DNA of 64,000 bases from Candidatus Micrarchaeota archaeon (GTDB lineage: Archaea; Micrarchaeota; Micrarchaeia; Micrarchaeales; CABMGC01): the NCBI GenBank assembly GCA_021803945.1, contig JAJZKW010000002.1:1734-65733 (forward strand), read 5' to 3'. Below the pieces are notes generated by a model. That model was not told the origin of the DNA. It searched no databases and was given only the letters and a program-made list of their open reading frames with translations. Of this stretch, positions 7,333 through 16,308 are shown piece after piece. The position numbers and the translations under genes were made by a program. Position 1 is the stretch's first letter, and each line of letters starts with the position of its first letter.

Positions 7333-10300
7333 TCACCTACATCCCGGCGAAGTGATCCATGCACACCCATTCACGCTCGGGCATATGTTGCCTCCGAGGT
7401 CCTTGCTCGTACTGCTCGTCGCAGATCCCGAGCAGTAGAATCCATTCAGCGAATTCGATATTATGTTGTCCTTTATTGAAGTGAACTGTGAATTGCCTAT
7501 CCTTATCCCGAAGGACGAGTTGCTTATCGTGTTGTTTTCAAGGCTGGTCGAGAGGCTCTGGTTTAAGCTCACTCCTGTGTCCGTCCCTGATATATTGTTG
7601 TCCTGAACAGTGCTGCTGTTGTATGCGTAAAGATAGATGCCATCCGAAGAATTTATTATGTGGTTGCCCTGGATATTGGAGTACTCTGAATTGTTGACGT
7701 ATATTGAGCTGTTTGACGATCCAACAAACGTGTTGTTCAGTATCGAGATGCCTGACACAGCAGCCTTCGAGTTGAATACCGCGGCATTGGTGAATCCTAT
7801 CAATATGCAGTTCTTAAGCGTCACCCTACTGGTATTGTAAGACGATACAAAGCTTCCCCCATTTGTTGCTAATATCGTGTGCCCGTTGCAGTCTATGGTA
7901 GTGCCATCGGCAGTAAGGTTGCCCGCAGAGCGTATCGCGAAGCATGTGTCGTTATATGGGTACACCATGTCCTGCGTAAGTGATATTGTATCAGGGCTTG
8001 TTATGAGGGTGCACACCTGCGAGAGATAGACGGGAGATACTTCAACAAGCCAGTCACAGTTCACATTCGATACCCCATAGTTTATCCTGCCGTACTGCGC
8101 GTACACTCCTGAAGAGTCAGGAGAGCATGAATAGCTATAGCCGCTTCCAGAATAAACATGATTGTCGTATATCGTGTTGTGCATTGATCCTGAGATTAGA
8201 AATCCATAGTCTGTGAAGTTTGCAGTATTGTTCAATACCTTGTTGTTGTGAGCGCCTGACAGTACAAAACCGTATCCTGAAGGCGCAGAGTTCGCCCTGT
8301 TCCCGATCAGCGAACTACTGTTGGTATTTACCAATGAGTATGCCTGCGTGCCGAAATTAGCCACCAGGTTGTTCGAGATGTATGCATCTGTACCGTTGCT
8401 TATGTTGACTCCGCTGCCGACGAAACGTATCACAGAAGATGTAAGGCTTAGAGAACGCGTATTGCTTGCCATGAGCCCGCTCCCGAATCCAGATATCGAA
8501 CACCCGTTTACCGTCACATTCGAGACGTTGTCCATGCCGAACGCCGCGCCTATGCCAGTCGTAGATATTATCGAACTGTTCGCCGTGCAGTTTATTCCGA
8601 CCATGCTTGTGTCTATCTTGAAGCATGCTCCCTTAGCGAATATCTTCCCACCTATGGAATAATGCCCTGGCGCAGTTATCGTGGCGCATCCCCTAAGAGG
8701 GTATGCGCTCAGGTTAGGTAAGACCTTGACAGCGCATGATGTTGCCCAATTGCAGTCCGTGCTTGTGCATTTCACCCCAGTTGCAGAAAGCAAGCTCGAA
8801 TTGTAGGTATTCGTGGAACAGAAGAGGTCCACCTTGGAGCTCAGGGAGCTTTCGCCGTTCCTAAGGTACACATCAGTGGAATTGTCAAGGGTTATGCCGT
8901 ACGTGTTGTTTGTCATGTTAAATCCGCCCACTGTCGCATATGTTGTGCCGTTTATGTAGAATCCGTACACGTTCGAGTATGCACTAGAGTTCAGCAGGCT
9001 TCCATCAGTCGACGAACGTATGTAGATCCCGTACCTGCCGTTGTGCACAATCGTCGACCCGATCCCGAATTTCACAGCATTGACCAGATAGATTCCATAA
9101 GTGTTGTTCTGCAGGTTGCATCCCTGTATGGTTACGTTGTAAGCCCCGTTGTCCGACAGTATGCCATAAGGCGCGTTCTTTATTGTGTATCCATCGCACC
9201 TGAGGTTCACGTTTGATGCGTTGATGAGTATGCATGGTACTGTTCCTGCGCCTGGCTCCGATGCATTCATGTACGCTGCGAAGTTGAGATCGGATCCGAT
9301 GGTGTATGTGCCTGACGTGTCTATGCTGCCGCACGAATCTATCGCAGGGCTGAGTGTTACGCCTGTTACTGATGCCTGGGTGTTGTTCGCCGAGCAGTAT
9401 GCAAAATTGCAGAATCTGTTCACATAGCATGACGAATTGTAGAACCTGTTAGATGCGCTGAAGCTTGATGTTCCGGAGCATGCGATGTCCACAGGGTTGC
9501 CAAGCATAACCGACTTGATCACCCTGTTGCCTACAGAATTCATGAGCGAAATGCCGTAATAGGAGTTGTACTCCACAATGTCCCTGGACAATGTATTGTT
9601 CCCTCCTCCAGTCACGTTTATGGCGCCCGATACGCCCCCTGCGCTCCTAATATAATCATTGTATATGTGGTTGCGGCTGGATTCGTAGAGGTAGATCCCG
9701 GACCGTGTGGCGTTCTTTGAGGTGACGTTAAATACTGTGTCATTGTTGGATGCATTCAGGTATATGCCATAAGAGAATGCGGATACTACAAGGTTTGTTA
9801 TGCTGACATTCGGCTCGGAGCTGACTTCGACCCCATACGATACGGGCCCATTTACTGTAAATGGGCCAGACCCGGCTATAGCATGTCCCTTTCCGTCAAG
9901 AACCACTCCGCTGGACCCTATCTTCATGCATGTTCCTCCTCCAACAGGCGCAGTTACATTGTTTGCCAGGTAATAGCTCCCCGGCTTTGATATTGTAGTG
10001 CATGAATTTATCGCAAAGGCCGGAAGCCCAGTGGTATTTATTCTTATTGGAGGAGCAGGCATGCTGCTGATGAACGAATAGGCCATCCAGGCTATTATCA
10101 GCACTACAATAACTCCTGCAATTATCTTAATCGACCCTCCATATCTTTCAATCAACTCTTGCCTATCGATCGCAATGCCCTTGCTTGGGCGAGCAGGCGG
10201 TTGCTTAGCTGCAGTCTCCGCTCCTCCCTGGTTGACTTGGATCTGATTAGCTGGTTCCTGCTTCGCTGTTTCCGCTGTCTCCTCTCCATCATCCTGGCCA

Positions 10301-10395
10301 AGGTCTCCGCCCATACCTGTAGCATCAGCTGCCTTGCCCGGATTGTCCTGACCAGCATTTACGTTGGGATCATGCTGGGTTTGGTTATCTGTCAT
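7333..10395 (-). CDS. Large N-terminally anchored surface protein with four parallel beta-helix (PbH1/NosD-like) modules
   Basis: 1020 aa. An acidic, disordered N-terminus of about 88 aa is followed by one TM helix (IIAGVIVVLIIAWMAYSFI). Four modules then each open with C..I..PG.Y and carry many short G/N/S/T-rich turns (NN.I..N..GI.L). Cys-rich linkers separate the modules. There are roughly 40 N-x-S/T sequons by eye. Confidence 0.75.
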   Translation of the reverse strand: MTDNQTQHDPNVNAGQDNPGKAADATGMGGDLGQDDGEETAETAKQEPANQIQVNQGGAETAAKQPPARPSKGIAIDRQELIERYGGSIKIIAGVIVVLIIAWMAYSFISSMPAPPIRINTTGLPAFAINSCTTISKPGSYYLANNVTAPVGGGTCMKIGSSGVVLDGKGHAIAGSGPFTVNGPVSYGVEVSSEPNVSITNLVVSAFSYGIYLNASNNDTVFNVTSKNATRSGIYLYESSRNHIYNDYIRSAGGVSGAINVTGGGNNTLSRDIVEYNSYYGISLMNSVGNRVIKSVMLGNPVDIACSGTSSFSASNRFYNSSCYVNRFCNFAYCSANNTQASVTGVTLSPAIDSCGSIDTSGTYTIGSDLNFAAYMNASEPGAGTVPCILINASNVNLRCDGYTIKNAPYGILSDNGAYNVTIQGCNLQNNTYGIYLVNAVKFGIGSTIVHNGRYGIYIRSSTDGSLLNSSAYSNVYGFYINGTTYATVGGFNMTNNTYGITLDNSTDVYLRNGESSLSSKVDLFCSTNTYNSSLLSATGVKCTSTDCNWATSCAVKVLPNLSAYPLRGCATITAPGHYSIGGKIFAKGACFKIDTSMVGINCTANSSIISTTGIGAAFGMDNVSNVTVNGCSISGFGSGLMASNTRSLSLTSSVIRFVGSGVNISNGTDAYISNNLVANFGTQAYSLVNTNSSSLIGNRANSAPSGYGFVLSGAHNNKVLNNTANFTDYGFLISGSMHNTIYDNHVYSGSGYSYSCSPDSSGVYAQYGRINYGVSNVNCDWLVEVSPVYLSQVCTLITSPDTISLTQDMVYPYNDTCFAIRSAGNLTADGTTIDCNGHTILATNGGSFVSSYNTSRVTLKNCILIGFTNAAVFNSKAAVSGISILNNTFVGSSNSSIYVNNSEYSNIQGNHIINSSDGIYLYAYNSSTVQDNNISGTDTGVSLNQSLSTSLENNTISNSSFGIRIGNSQFTSIKDNIISNSLNGFYCSGSATSSTSKDLGGNICPSVNGCAWITSPGCR

Positions 10396-10452
10396 AAGAC
10401 CAATTTAAGCTTAACTTTATATCTTTGGCACATCTATTTATAGATTACTTAG

Positions 10453-10524
10453 GCCTCGTTAGCTCAGTGGTAGAGCGCTTGTTTCGTAAACAAGAGGTCG
10501 GGGGTTCGATCCCCTCTCGAGGCT
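10453..10524 (+). tRNA. tRNA-Thr (anticodon CGU)
   Basis: Manual cloverleaf: acceptor GCCTCGT/TCGAGGC (7:66 is a T-T mismatch), D arm GCTC-AGTGGTA-GAGC, anticodon arm CTTGT-TTCGTAA-ACAAG, T arm GGGGG-TTCGATC-CCCTC, discriminator T. No encoded CCA. Confidence 0.9.
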
Positions 10525-10705
10525 ATTAACTTTCTCCTAACTCTGATAAATTCCATAAATCTATAATAGTGCAAAGCACCAAAAGGACGTAATACCCTGA
10601 GGGCCAAAACTCTCTTTAAGAACATTTTACTAAGAGTGCAAACAGATTGTCGTCATTCACCTACAAGAATATTTAAGTCTAAAGGATAATAATATATCTG
10701 ATTAA

Positions 10706-11323
10706 ATGGAACTTGAATTTAGTGGAAAGGATATCATACTGAAGGACAAGGAGCTAAATTCGTTGGACAAGAAAGTAATTAAGCTTGTTAATCTTATCGA
10801 TTTCGAATATGTGATAATAAGCGGGTATGTAGCCATACTGTTTGGTAGATCTAGGGCAACTGAAGATGTAGACATGTTTATCCGCGTAGGCAAAGAAGAG
10901 TTCTACGCTTTCTATGACCGCATTTCTAAAAATAATTTTTATATAATAAATGCCGAGAACAAGGAAGAAGGATACGAATTCCTTAAGGAAGGGATAGCCC
11001 TGCGCATTGCTGAGAATGGAGAGTTTATACCCAATTTTGAATTGAAGTTGCCTAAAAGAGAGATAGATAGACTGACCATGAAGAACAAAATTAAGGTTAA
11101 ATTCAGCAATTTTGAGATAAACACATCTGAAATTGAGCTGCAGATAGCGTTCAAGCTCTTTCTAGGCAGCGAGAAGGATTATCTTGACTCAAAGCATCTG
11201 TACAATACCTTTGAAAACTACCTTGACAAGAAGAAATTATATCAATATATAAAGCTGCTTGGAGTAAACATGAATGTAGCAGAAAGAATACTGAGACTAA
11301 AGCCAGGCGAGTTTAATGGATAG
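10706..11323 (+). CDS. Nucleotidyltransferase-fold protein (minimal NTase / AbiEii-like motif), function unknown
   Basis: 205 aa in a visibly AT-rich stretch. ISGYVAILFGRSRATEDVDMFI fits the hG[GS]-x(9-13)-D-h-D-h polymerase-beta NTase signature. Confidence 0.5.
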   Translation: MELEFSGKDIILKDKELNSLDKKVIKLVNLIDFEYVIISGYVAILFGRSRATEDVDMFIRVGKEEFYAFYDRISKNNFYIINAENKEEGYEFLKEGIALRIAENGEFIPNFELKLPKREIDRLTMKNKIKVKFSNFEINTSEIELQIAFKLFLGSEKDYLDSKHLYNTFENYLDKKKLYQYIKLLGVNMNVAERILRLKPGEFNG

Positions 11324-11504
11324 ACGTAGATTCCTTAAGGAACTTAGGGATATTAAAAAGGAGAATTTCGAACAGAACCTAAAATTTATGGATTTATATG
11401 CAAAATTCCTAAAGAGTAAGACTAACAAGGAATGGAGCCGTCAGCAAAAGGAGTTTATAAATAGCATATACGCTTCCCTACCAAAAAAGGGTAATTTACT
11501 TTGA
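11316..11504 (+). CDS. Small basic helical protein, hypothetical
   Basis: 62-aa ORF whose ATG overlaps the upstream stop by 8 nt (AATGGATAG). Lys/Arg/Glu-rich, with no His, so there is no HEPN Rx4-6H motif. Confidence 0.35.
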   Translation: MDRRRFLKELRDIKKENFEQNLKFMDLYAKFLKSKTNKEWSRQQKEFINSIYASLPKKGNLL

Positions 11505-11517
11505 TTTGTGGCAATCC

Positions 11518-11883
11518 ATGGAATTCAATGAACTTACTGACGAAGAAGAAGATGTCATAATCCGCAAGGGCACAGAACGCCCTTTCAGCGGAGAGTACGA
11601 CACATTTTTCAAGGAAGGGGCATACGTATGCAGGAGGTGCGGGTCCCATCTGTACAATTCTGGAGACAAGTTTGACGCAAGGTGTGGATGGCCGAGCTTT
11701 GATCAGGAGGTGAGGGGCGCAGTCAAAAGGGTTCCTGATAAAGACGGTTTAAGGACAGAGATACAGTGCGCAAGGTGCGGAGCCCATCTGGGCCACGTCT
11801 TCCTCGGTGAAGGTATGACTGCAAAAAACACGCGGCATTGCGTGAACTCAGTATCTCTCAAGTTCATACCCAAAGGGAAATAG
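11518..11883 (+). CDS. msrB: Peptide-methionine (R)-S-oxide reductase MsrB
   Basis: Two CxxC zinc pairs (CRRCGSHL, CARCGAHLGHVF) and the catalytic RHCVNS. ATG 11518 is preferred to TTG 11506. Confidence 0.9.
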   Translation: MEFNELTDEEEDVIIRKGTERPFSGEYDTFFKEGAYVCRRCGSHLYNSGDKFDARCGWPSFDQEVRGAVKRVPDKDGLRTEIQCARCGAHLGHVFLGEGMTAKNTRHCVNSVSLKFIPKGK

Positions 11884-11884
11884 C

Positions 11885-12412
11885 ATGCCCAAGCCAAAAA
11901 CCGAGACCATTGTCTTTGGAGGCGGATGCTTCTGGTGCACAGAGGCAGTCTTCTCGATGTTTGATGGGGTAGTACGCACAACCCCAGGATACTCTGGAGG
12001 AACGAAGAAAAACCCTACTTACGAAGAGGTGTGCTCTGGAACCACAGGACATGCAGAGGTCCTTGAAATAGAATACAATCCTGCCATAGCGCCTCTTGAG
12101 AAGCTTCTCGACGTCTTCTTCAGCATGCACGACCCTACCTCCCTGAACAGGCAGGAAGCTGATGTCGGGTCGCAGTACAGGTCTATAATACTCTGCACTT
12201 CGGACAGCCAGAGGGATGAAGCTGAGAAGTTTATAGTCCGGATACAGGAGCGCTATGAGAAGCCGATAGTCACTGAAGTAAAGATGCTGGGCGCCTTCTA
12301 TCCGTCCGAGGACTACCACAAAGACTACTACAAGAGCAATCCGTTGCAGCCTTACTGCATGCTGGTCATAGGGCCAAAAGTGCAGAAGATAAGGAAAAAG
12401 TACGGCATATAG
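11885..12412 (+). CDS. msrA: Peptide-methionine (S)-S-oxide reductase MsrA
   Basis: GGGCFWCTEAVF active-site motif and GHAEVLEIEYNP. It begins 1 nt after the msrB stop. Confidence 0.9.
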   Translation: MPKPKTETIVFGGGCFWCTEAVFSMFDGVVRTTPGYSGGTKKNPTYEEVCSGTTGHAEVLEIEYNPAIAPLEKLLDVFFSMHDPTSLNRQEADVGSQYRSIILCTSDSQRDEAEKFIVRIQERYEKPIVTEVKMLGAFYPSEDYHKDYYKSNPLQPYCMLVIGPKVQKIRKKYGI

Positions 12413-12550
12413 GAAAAACGACAAGACCGCAGGCACAAGTCAGCCAGCTTCTCTAATACTGCGAATGATTTATGGAAATACAATTCCATTTCAGATAGCT
12501 ATAAATACATATTATGTTTTATAACTCTGTTATAATCTTAGCTGATATTC

Positions 12551-12892
12551 ATGGCAAACGGGTACCAAAGGGCTTCGAAGGAGATAGTGCCTGCTGCAAG
12601 GCTGCTGATAGCGAAGCAGCTAAAGGAGAAATACAACATGTCGGAGACGAATATAGCCGCTGTAATGGGCGTCGCCCAGGCTGCGGTTAGCAAATACCTC
12701 AACGGAAAGTATTCAAAGACGGTTGAGAGGGTCTCTCGTGAGCTCGATGCAGGCTGCATGGACAGGTATCTGTCTTACATTGCCAAGGGAGACCAGAAGG
12801 TGCTAAAGAGCTGCATATGCTCCCTGTGCCATTCAGTAAACAGCTTCGGCTGCAAGTTCTCGCCGTTCAGCGATGAAACGGCCAAGGCATAA
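12551..12892 (+). CDS. HTH transcriptional regulator with C-terminal Cys cluster, first gene of the suf operon
   Basis: ETNIAAVMGVAQAAVSKYLNGK is an XRE-like helix-turn-helix. The C-terminus reads CICSLCHSVNSFGC (C-x-C-x2-C-x8-C). It ends 8 nt before the sufB ATG. Confidence 0.6.
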   Translation: MANGYQRASKEIVPAARLLIAKQLKEKYNMSETNIAAVMGVAQAAVSKYLNGKYSKTVERVSRELDAGCMDRYLSYIAKGDQKVLKSCICSLCHSVNSFGCKFSPFSDETAKA

Positions 12893-12900
12893 GTGAGTTG

Positions 12901-14316
12901 ATGGTAAACGAAGGACTTGAAGAGGTAGTTGAAAGGAAGGAATACGCCGAGAAATACGGGTTCTACCAGGATATCTCATACGACGAGTTCCCCAAAGGGC
13001 TTTCAGAGGAAGTCGTAAGGAGTATTTCGAGGATAAAGGGCGAACCGGAATGGATGCTTGAAAAGAGGCTTACAGGGCTGAAGGTATTCTTAAGCAAGCC
13101 GATGCCGTCGTGGGGAGCCGACCTGAGCGATATAAAGTTCGATGATTTCTACTACTACATGAGCCCGAAGGCGAATGAGGAGTCGAGCAAGTGGGAGAAC
13201 GTGCCAGATGACATAAAGCAGACTTTCGACAAGCTCGGTGTCCCAGAAGCTGAGAGGAAATTCTTTGCAGGAGCCGAAGCGCAGTTCGACAGTTCAGTGG
13301 TGTACTCGCACATAAACGCAGAGCTGGAGAAACTTGGAGTGGTATTCACAGATACTGACACTGCGGTGAAGAAGTATCCCGAGCTGATGAAGAAGTACTG
13401 GGGCACCATAATACCTCCTACTGACAACAAGTTCGCTGCACTCAACACTGCGACATGGTCTGGAGGGTCTTTCATATACGTGCCTAAGGGCGTGAAGGTG
13501 CCGATGCCGCTTAATGCTTATTTCAGAATCAATGCCAAGAACTCCGGGCAGTTCGAGAGGACGCTTATAATCGCAGATGAAGGCGCCGAGGTGGTTTATC
13601 TCGAGGGATGCACTGCCTTAGTGTACGCTTCCAACTCCCTCCATTCTGCAGTGGTGGAGCTCGTTGCGCTTGAAGGCGCCCACATAAGGTACGTGACGAT
13701 ACAGAACTGGTCCAAAAACGTATACAACCTCGTCACGCAGCGCGCACACGTATCAAAGAACGCACGGGTGGAGTGGATCGACGCAAATATAGGCAGCAAG
13801 ATAAACATGAAGTACCCCAGCATATTCCTCAACGGCGAAGGCGCCAGGGGAGAGGTGCTTTCAATAGCGATCGCCGGAGACGGTCAGATACAGGATTCAG
13901 GAGGCAAGATATACCATCTCGCCCCGAACACCACCTCAAAGATAATATCTAAGAGTGTGTCGAAGGGAAGCGGAGTAACGACATTCAGGGGGCTGCTTCA
14001 TGTGGCAAAGAATGCCGAAAACGTGAAGTCGCACGTGTCATGCGATGCGCTCCTGCTAGATGAGGACGCGAAGACCAATACCTTCCCATACAACCAGATA
14101 AACAGGAGCGACGCAGTCATAAGCCACGAGGCAAAGGTAGGAAAGATAAGCGACGACGAGATATTCTACCTTATGTCAAGAGGCCTGAACGAGGACGACG
14201 CCACCGCAATGATAGTGCTAGGATTCATAGACGACCTTACGAAGGTCCTCCCTGTCGAATATTCGCTTGAGCTCAAGAGGCTTATCAAGATAGACACGAG
14301 CAAAGGAGTAGGCTAA
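12901..14316 (+). CDS. sufB: Fe-S cluster assembly scaffold SufB
   Basis: About 470 aa with a SufB-type beta-helix core and the C-terminal FYLMSRGL...A..MIV.GF motif. Confidence 0.9.
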   Translation: MVNEGLEEVVERKEYAEKYGFYQDISYDEFPKGLSEEVVRSISRIKGEPEWMLEKRLTGLKVFLSKPMPSWGADLSDIKFDDFYYYMSPKANEESSKWENVPDDIKQTFDKLGVPEAERKFFAGAEAQFDSSVVYSHINAELEKLGVVFTDTDTAVKKYPELMKKYWGTIIPPTDNKFAALNTATWSGGSFIYVPKGVKVPMPLNAYFRINAKNSGQFERTLIIADEGAEVVYLEGCTALVYASNSLHSAVVELVALEGAHIRYVTIQNWSKNVYNLVTQRAHVSKNARVEWIDANIGSKINMKYPSIFLNGEGARGEVLSIAIAGDGQIQDSGGKIYHLAPNTTSKIISKSVSKGSGVTTFRGLLHVAKNAENVKSHVSCDALLLDEDAKTNTFPYNQINRSDAVISHEAKVGKISDDEIFYLMSRGLNEDDATAMIVLGFIDDLTKVLPVEYSLELKRLIKIDTSKGVG

Positions 14317-14333
14317 CCTCTCCAGGTATTTCG

Positions 14334-15572
14334 ATGATTTCATACAAAGAGTTTGTAGACGATGCTATCCGCAATTATGAGTTGCTTCCCGCGGAATCGA
14401 ACGAGATATACAAGAAGTATGCAGTAAGCATGCCACTCACAGAGATGGGCCAGGAGGCGCAGCCTAGCAGCATGCTCGAGTCGGATATCGAAGGGCTCTC
14501 AAGGGACATTGCGGAAAAGACAAGGATAAAGTTCGATGCAGTGATATCGGGCAACTGGGCGAAGAGCTTCAATCCACACATCAGGATCAGCGCAGGAGAC
14601 AAGGCCGACGTGAGCATGCTTGAGAACAAGCTCTTCAAGAGCAGCGAGGACAAGTTTGCGGCATTCGCAAACGCAAATTCAAGGTATTTCATATCTATAG
14701 ATGCAGGAGACGGAGCGCGCATGAAACTGAACCTCCTATTCGTAAACAGCGGAAACCTCCCTGCGCAGGTGCTGGTAAAAGCCAGCAACAGCTCAAAAAT
14801 CGAGGTGTTCGAGCTTTTCATCTCCGCCAACGGCTCGGGTTCGCTGGTAAGCGTCCTGCACGAGATATCAGCAGACAAGAACTCAGAGGTCGAGCTGAAC
14901 GTGTTGCATAACGAGAACCGTAGTACGCGCATACTTAACCTGTGCAAGGCTGTGGCAGGAGATGATGCAATACTACGCGCAAATTTCATGTACAGCGGCG
15001 GGGCTCTGGTAAAGACAAAAGGACATGCGGATTCTAACGGGATCAACAGCCAGGTTGACATAAGCGAATTCGCCTTGGGGGCAATGGACCAGAAATTCGA
15101 TCTCGGCACGTTCATAGTAAATACAAAGCCGTACAGCATCGCGAGGCTTGAATCGGGGGCTGTGCTGTCGGATTCATCCCAATGCATGCTGAAGGGATTC
15201 GCGAAGGTGGAGAAAGGGGCGAAGGGATGCCTCTCAAAGATCACCGAACGCGGGATACTGCTAAGCAAGGAGGCGCACATAGACGCGCTACCTGACATGT
15301 CGATAGACTACAGCAATGAGGTAAAGGCAACGCATTCGGCAGCCACCGCGCCAATGGACAAGGAGGCTCTCTTCTACCTGATGTCAAGGGGGTTAGAAGA
15401 GAACGCGGCGAGGAAAATGTTTATATCAGCATTCATTGCTAAATACATATACAACATGAAGGAAGGGGTTGCCAGCGCAGTCACGATGTCGGTCATGCTC
15501 AACAAGCTGGATGGCGGCATTCCTGGAGCAATGCCGGACGTCACGACAAGCGGAGTGTGGGGAAACAGGTGA
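14334..15572 (+). CDS. sufD: Fe-S cluster assembly protein SufD (SufB/SufD family)
   Basis: 412-aa paralog of SufB with C-terminal LFYLMSRGLEENAARKM, lacking the SufB N-terminal region. Confidence 0.8.
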   Translation: MISYKEFVDDAIRNYELLPAESNEIYKKYAVSMPLTEMGQEAQPSSMLESDIEGLSRDIAEKTRIKFDAVISGNWAKSFNPHIRISAGDKADVSMLENKLFKSSEDKFAAFANANSRYFISIDAGDGARMKLNLLFVNSGNLPAQVLVKASNSSKIEVFELFISANGSGSLVSVLHEISADKNSEVELNVLHNENRSTRILNLCKAVAGDDAILRANFMYSGGALVKTKGHADSNGINSQVDISEFALGAMDQKFDLGTFIVNTKPYSIARLESGAVLSDSSQCMLKGFAKVEKGAKGCLSKITERGILLSKEAHIDALPDMSIDYSNEVKATHSAATAPMDKEALFYLMSRGLEENAARKMFISAFIAKYIYNMKEGVASAVTMSVMLNKLDGGIPGAMPDVTTSGVWGNR

Positions 15573-15576
15573 GTGC

Positions 15577-16308
15577 ATGATACTTGAGATAAAAGACCTG
15601 AGCGCAGAAGTAGAGCAGAGGAGCGTGCTGAAGGGCCTCAGCCTGAAGGTGGGGGCCGGAGAGATGCATGTCATAATGGGCCCAAACGGTTCAGGGAAGA
15701 CCACGCTGGCAAAGGCGATAATGGGCCATCCTAACACAAAGATAACAAACGGAGAGATACTTGTCGATGGAAACAGGATAAACGACATGCCTGTGAACGA
15801 GAGGGCGAAGCTGGGCATATTCCTGGAGTTCCAGACTCCAGTGGAGATAGAGGGCCTAGGGATAGTAGGATTCCTGAATTCGGCAAGGGGCGCGCTCGGG
15901 AAGGAAAAGATCACCTACAAGGAATTCATGACTGAGATAAAGCAGAATTCAGAGAGCCTTAGGCTCAGGGAGGACCTCGTTGGCAGATCTCTTAACTATG
16001 GGTTCTCAGGAGGGGAGAAGAAGAAGATGGAGATACTTCAGATGTCAGTGCTCAAGCCAAAGCTCGCGATACTCGATGAGCCTGATTCAGGCCTTGACAT
16101 AGATGCAGTAAGGGTTGTAGCGGAGAACATAAACGAATTCAGGAAGAAGACCGGCGCCTCCATACTCCTGATAACACACTATAGCAGGATATTGAACTAC
16201 ATGGACCCACAGTTCATACACGTGATGACAGACGGCAGAATAGCAAGGTCGGGAGGGAAGGAGATAATAGCGGACATAGAGAAGGAAGGGTACACAAAAG
16301 ATGAATGA
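15577..16308 (+). CDS. sufC: Fe-S cluster assembly ATPase SufC
   Basis: Walker A GPNGSGKTT, ABC signature FSGGEKKK, Walker B ILDEPDSGLD. Internal ATG 15577 (MILEIKDLS) is used rather than the track's 15469 extension, which overlaps sufD. Confidence 0.92.
   Translation: MILEIKDLSAEVEQRSVLKGLSLKVGAGEMHVIMGPNGSGKTTLAKAIMGHPNTKITNGEILVDGNRINDMPVNERAKLGIFLEFQTPVEIEGLGIVGFLNSARGALGKEKITYKEFMTEIKQNSESLRLREDLVGRSLNYGFSGGEKKKMEILQMSVLKPKLAILDEPDSGLDIDAVRVVAENINEFRKKTGASILLITHYSRILNYMDPQFIHVMTDGRIARSGGKEIIADIEKEGYTKDE

Noticed and set aside
10525-11505. A search by eye for a direct repeat of the tRNA 3' end (att site), or for an integrase, bounding either AT-rich islet (also 31769..33700).
   Set aside because: I found no copy of GGTTCGATCCCCT... 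or of the acceptor 3' strand downstream, and no integrase-like ORF. The regions are therefore reported only as compositional islets, not as mobile elements.
12472-12489. Inverted repeat ATGGAA-N6-TTCCAT upstream of the suf-operon HTH gene.
   Set aside because: It has only 6-bp arms in an AT-rich intergenic region, so the chance expectation is high. It is not reported as a site, though it could be examined if the regulator is studied.
15469-15576. 5' extensions of track ORFs: sufC from 15469, GT2 from 50035, S2P from 53948, PGM/PMM up to 63979, rpoK from 51604, bcp from 42451.
   Set aside because: The extensions overlap upstream genes or promoters and have no family-like sequence. In each case an internal ATG or TTG coincides with the conserved N-terminus of the family.
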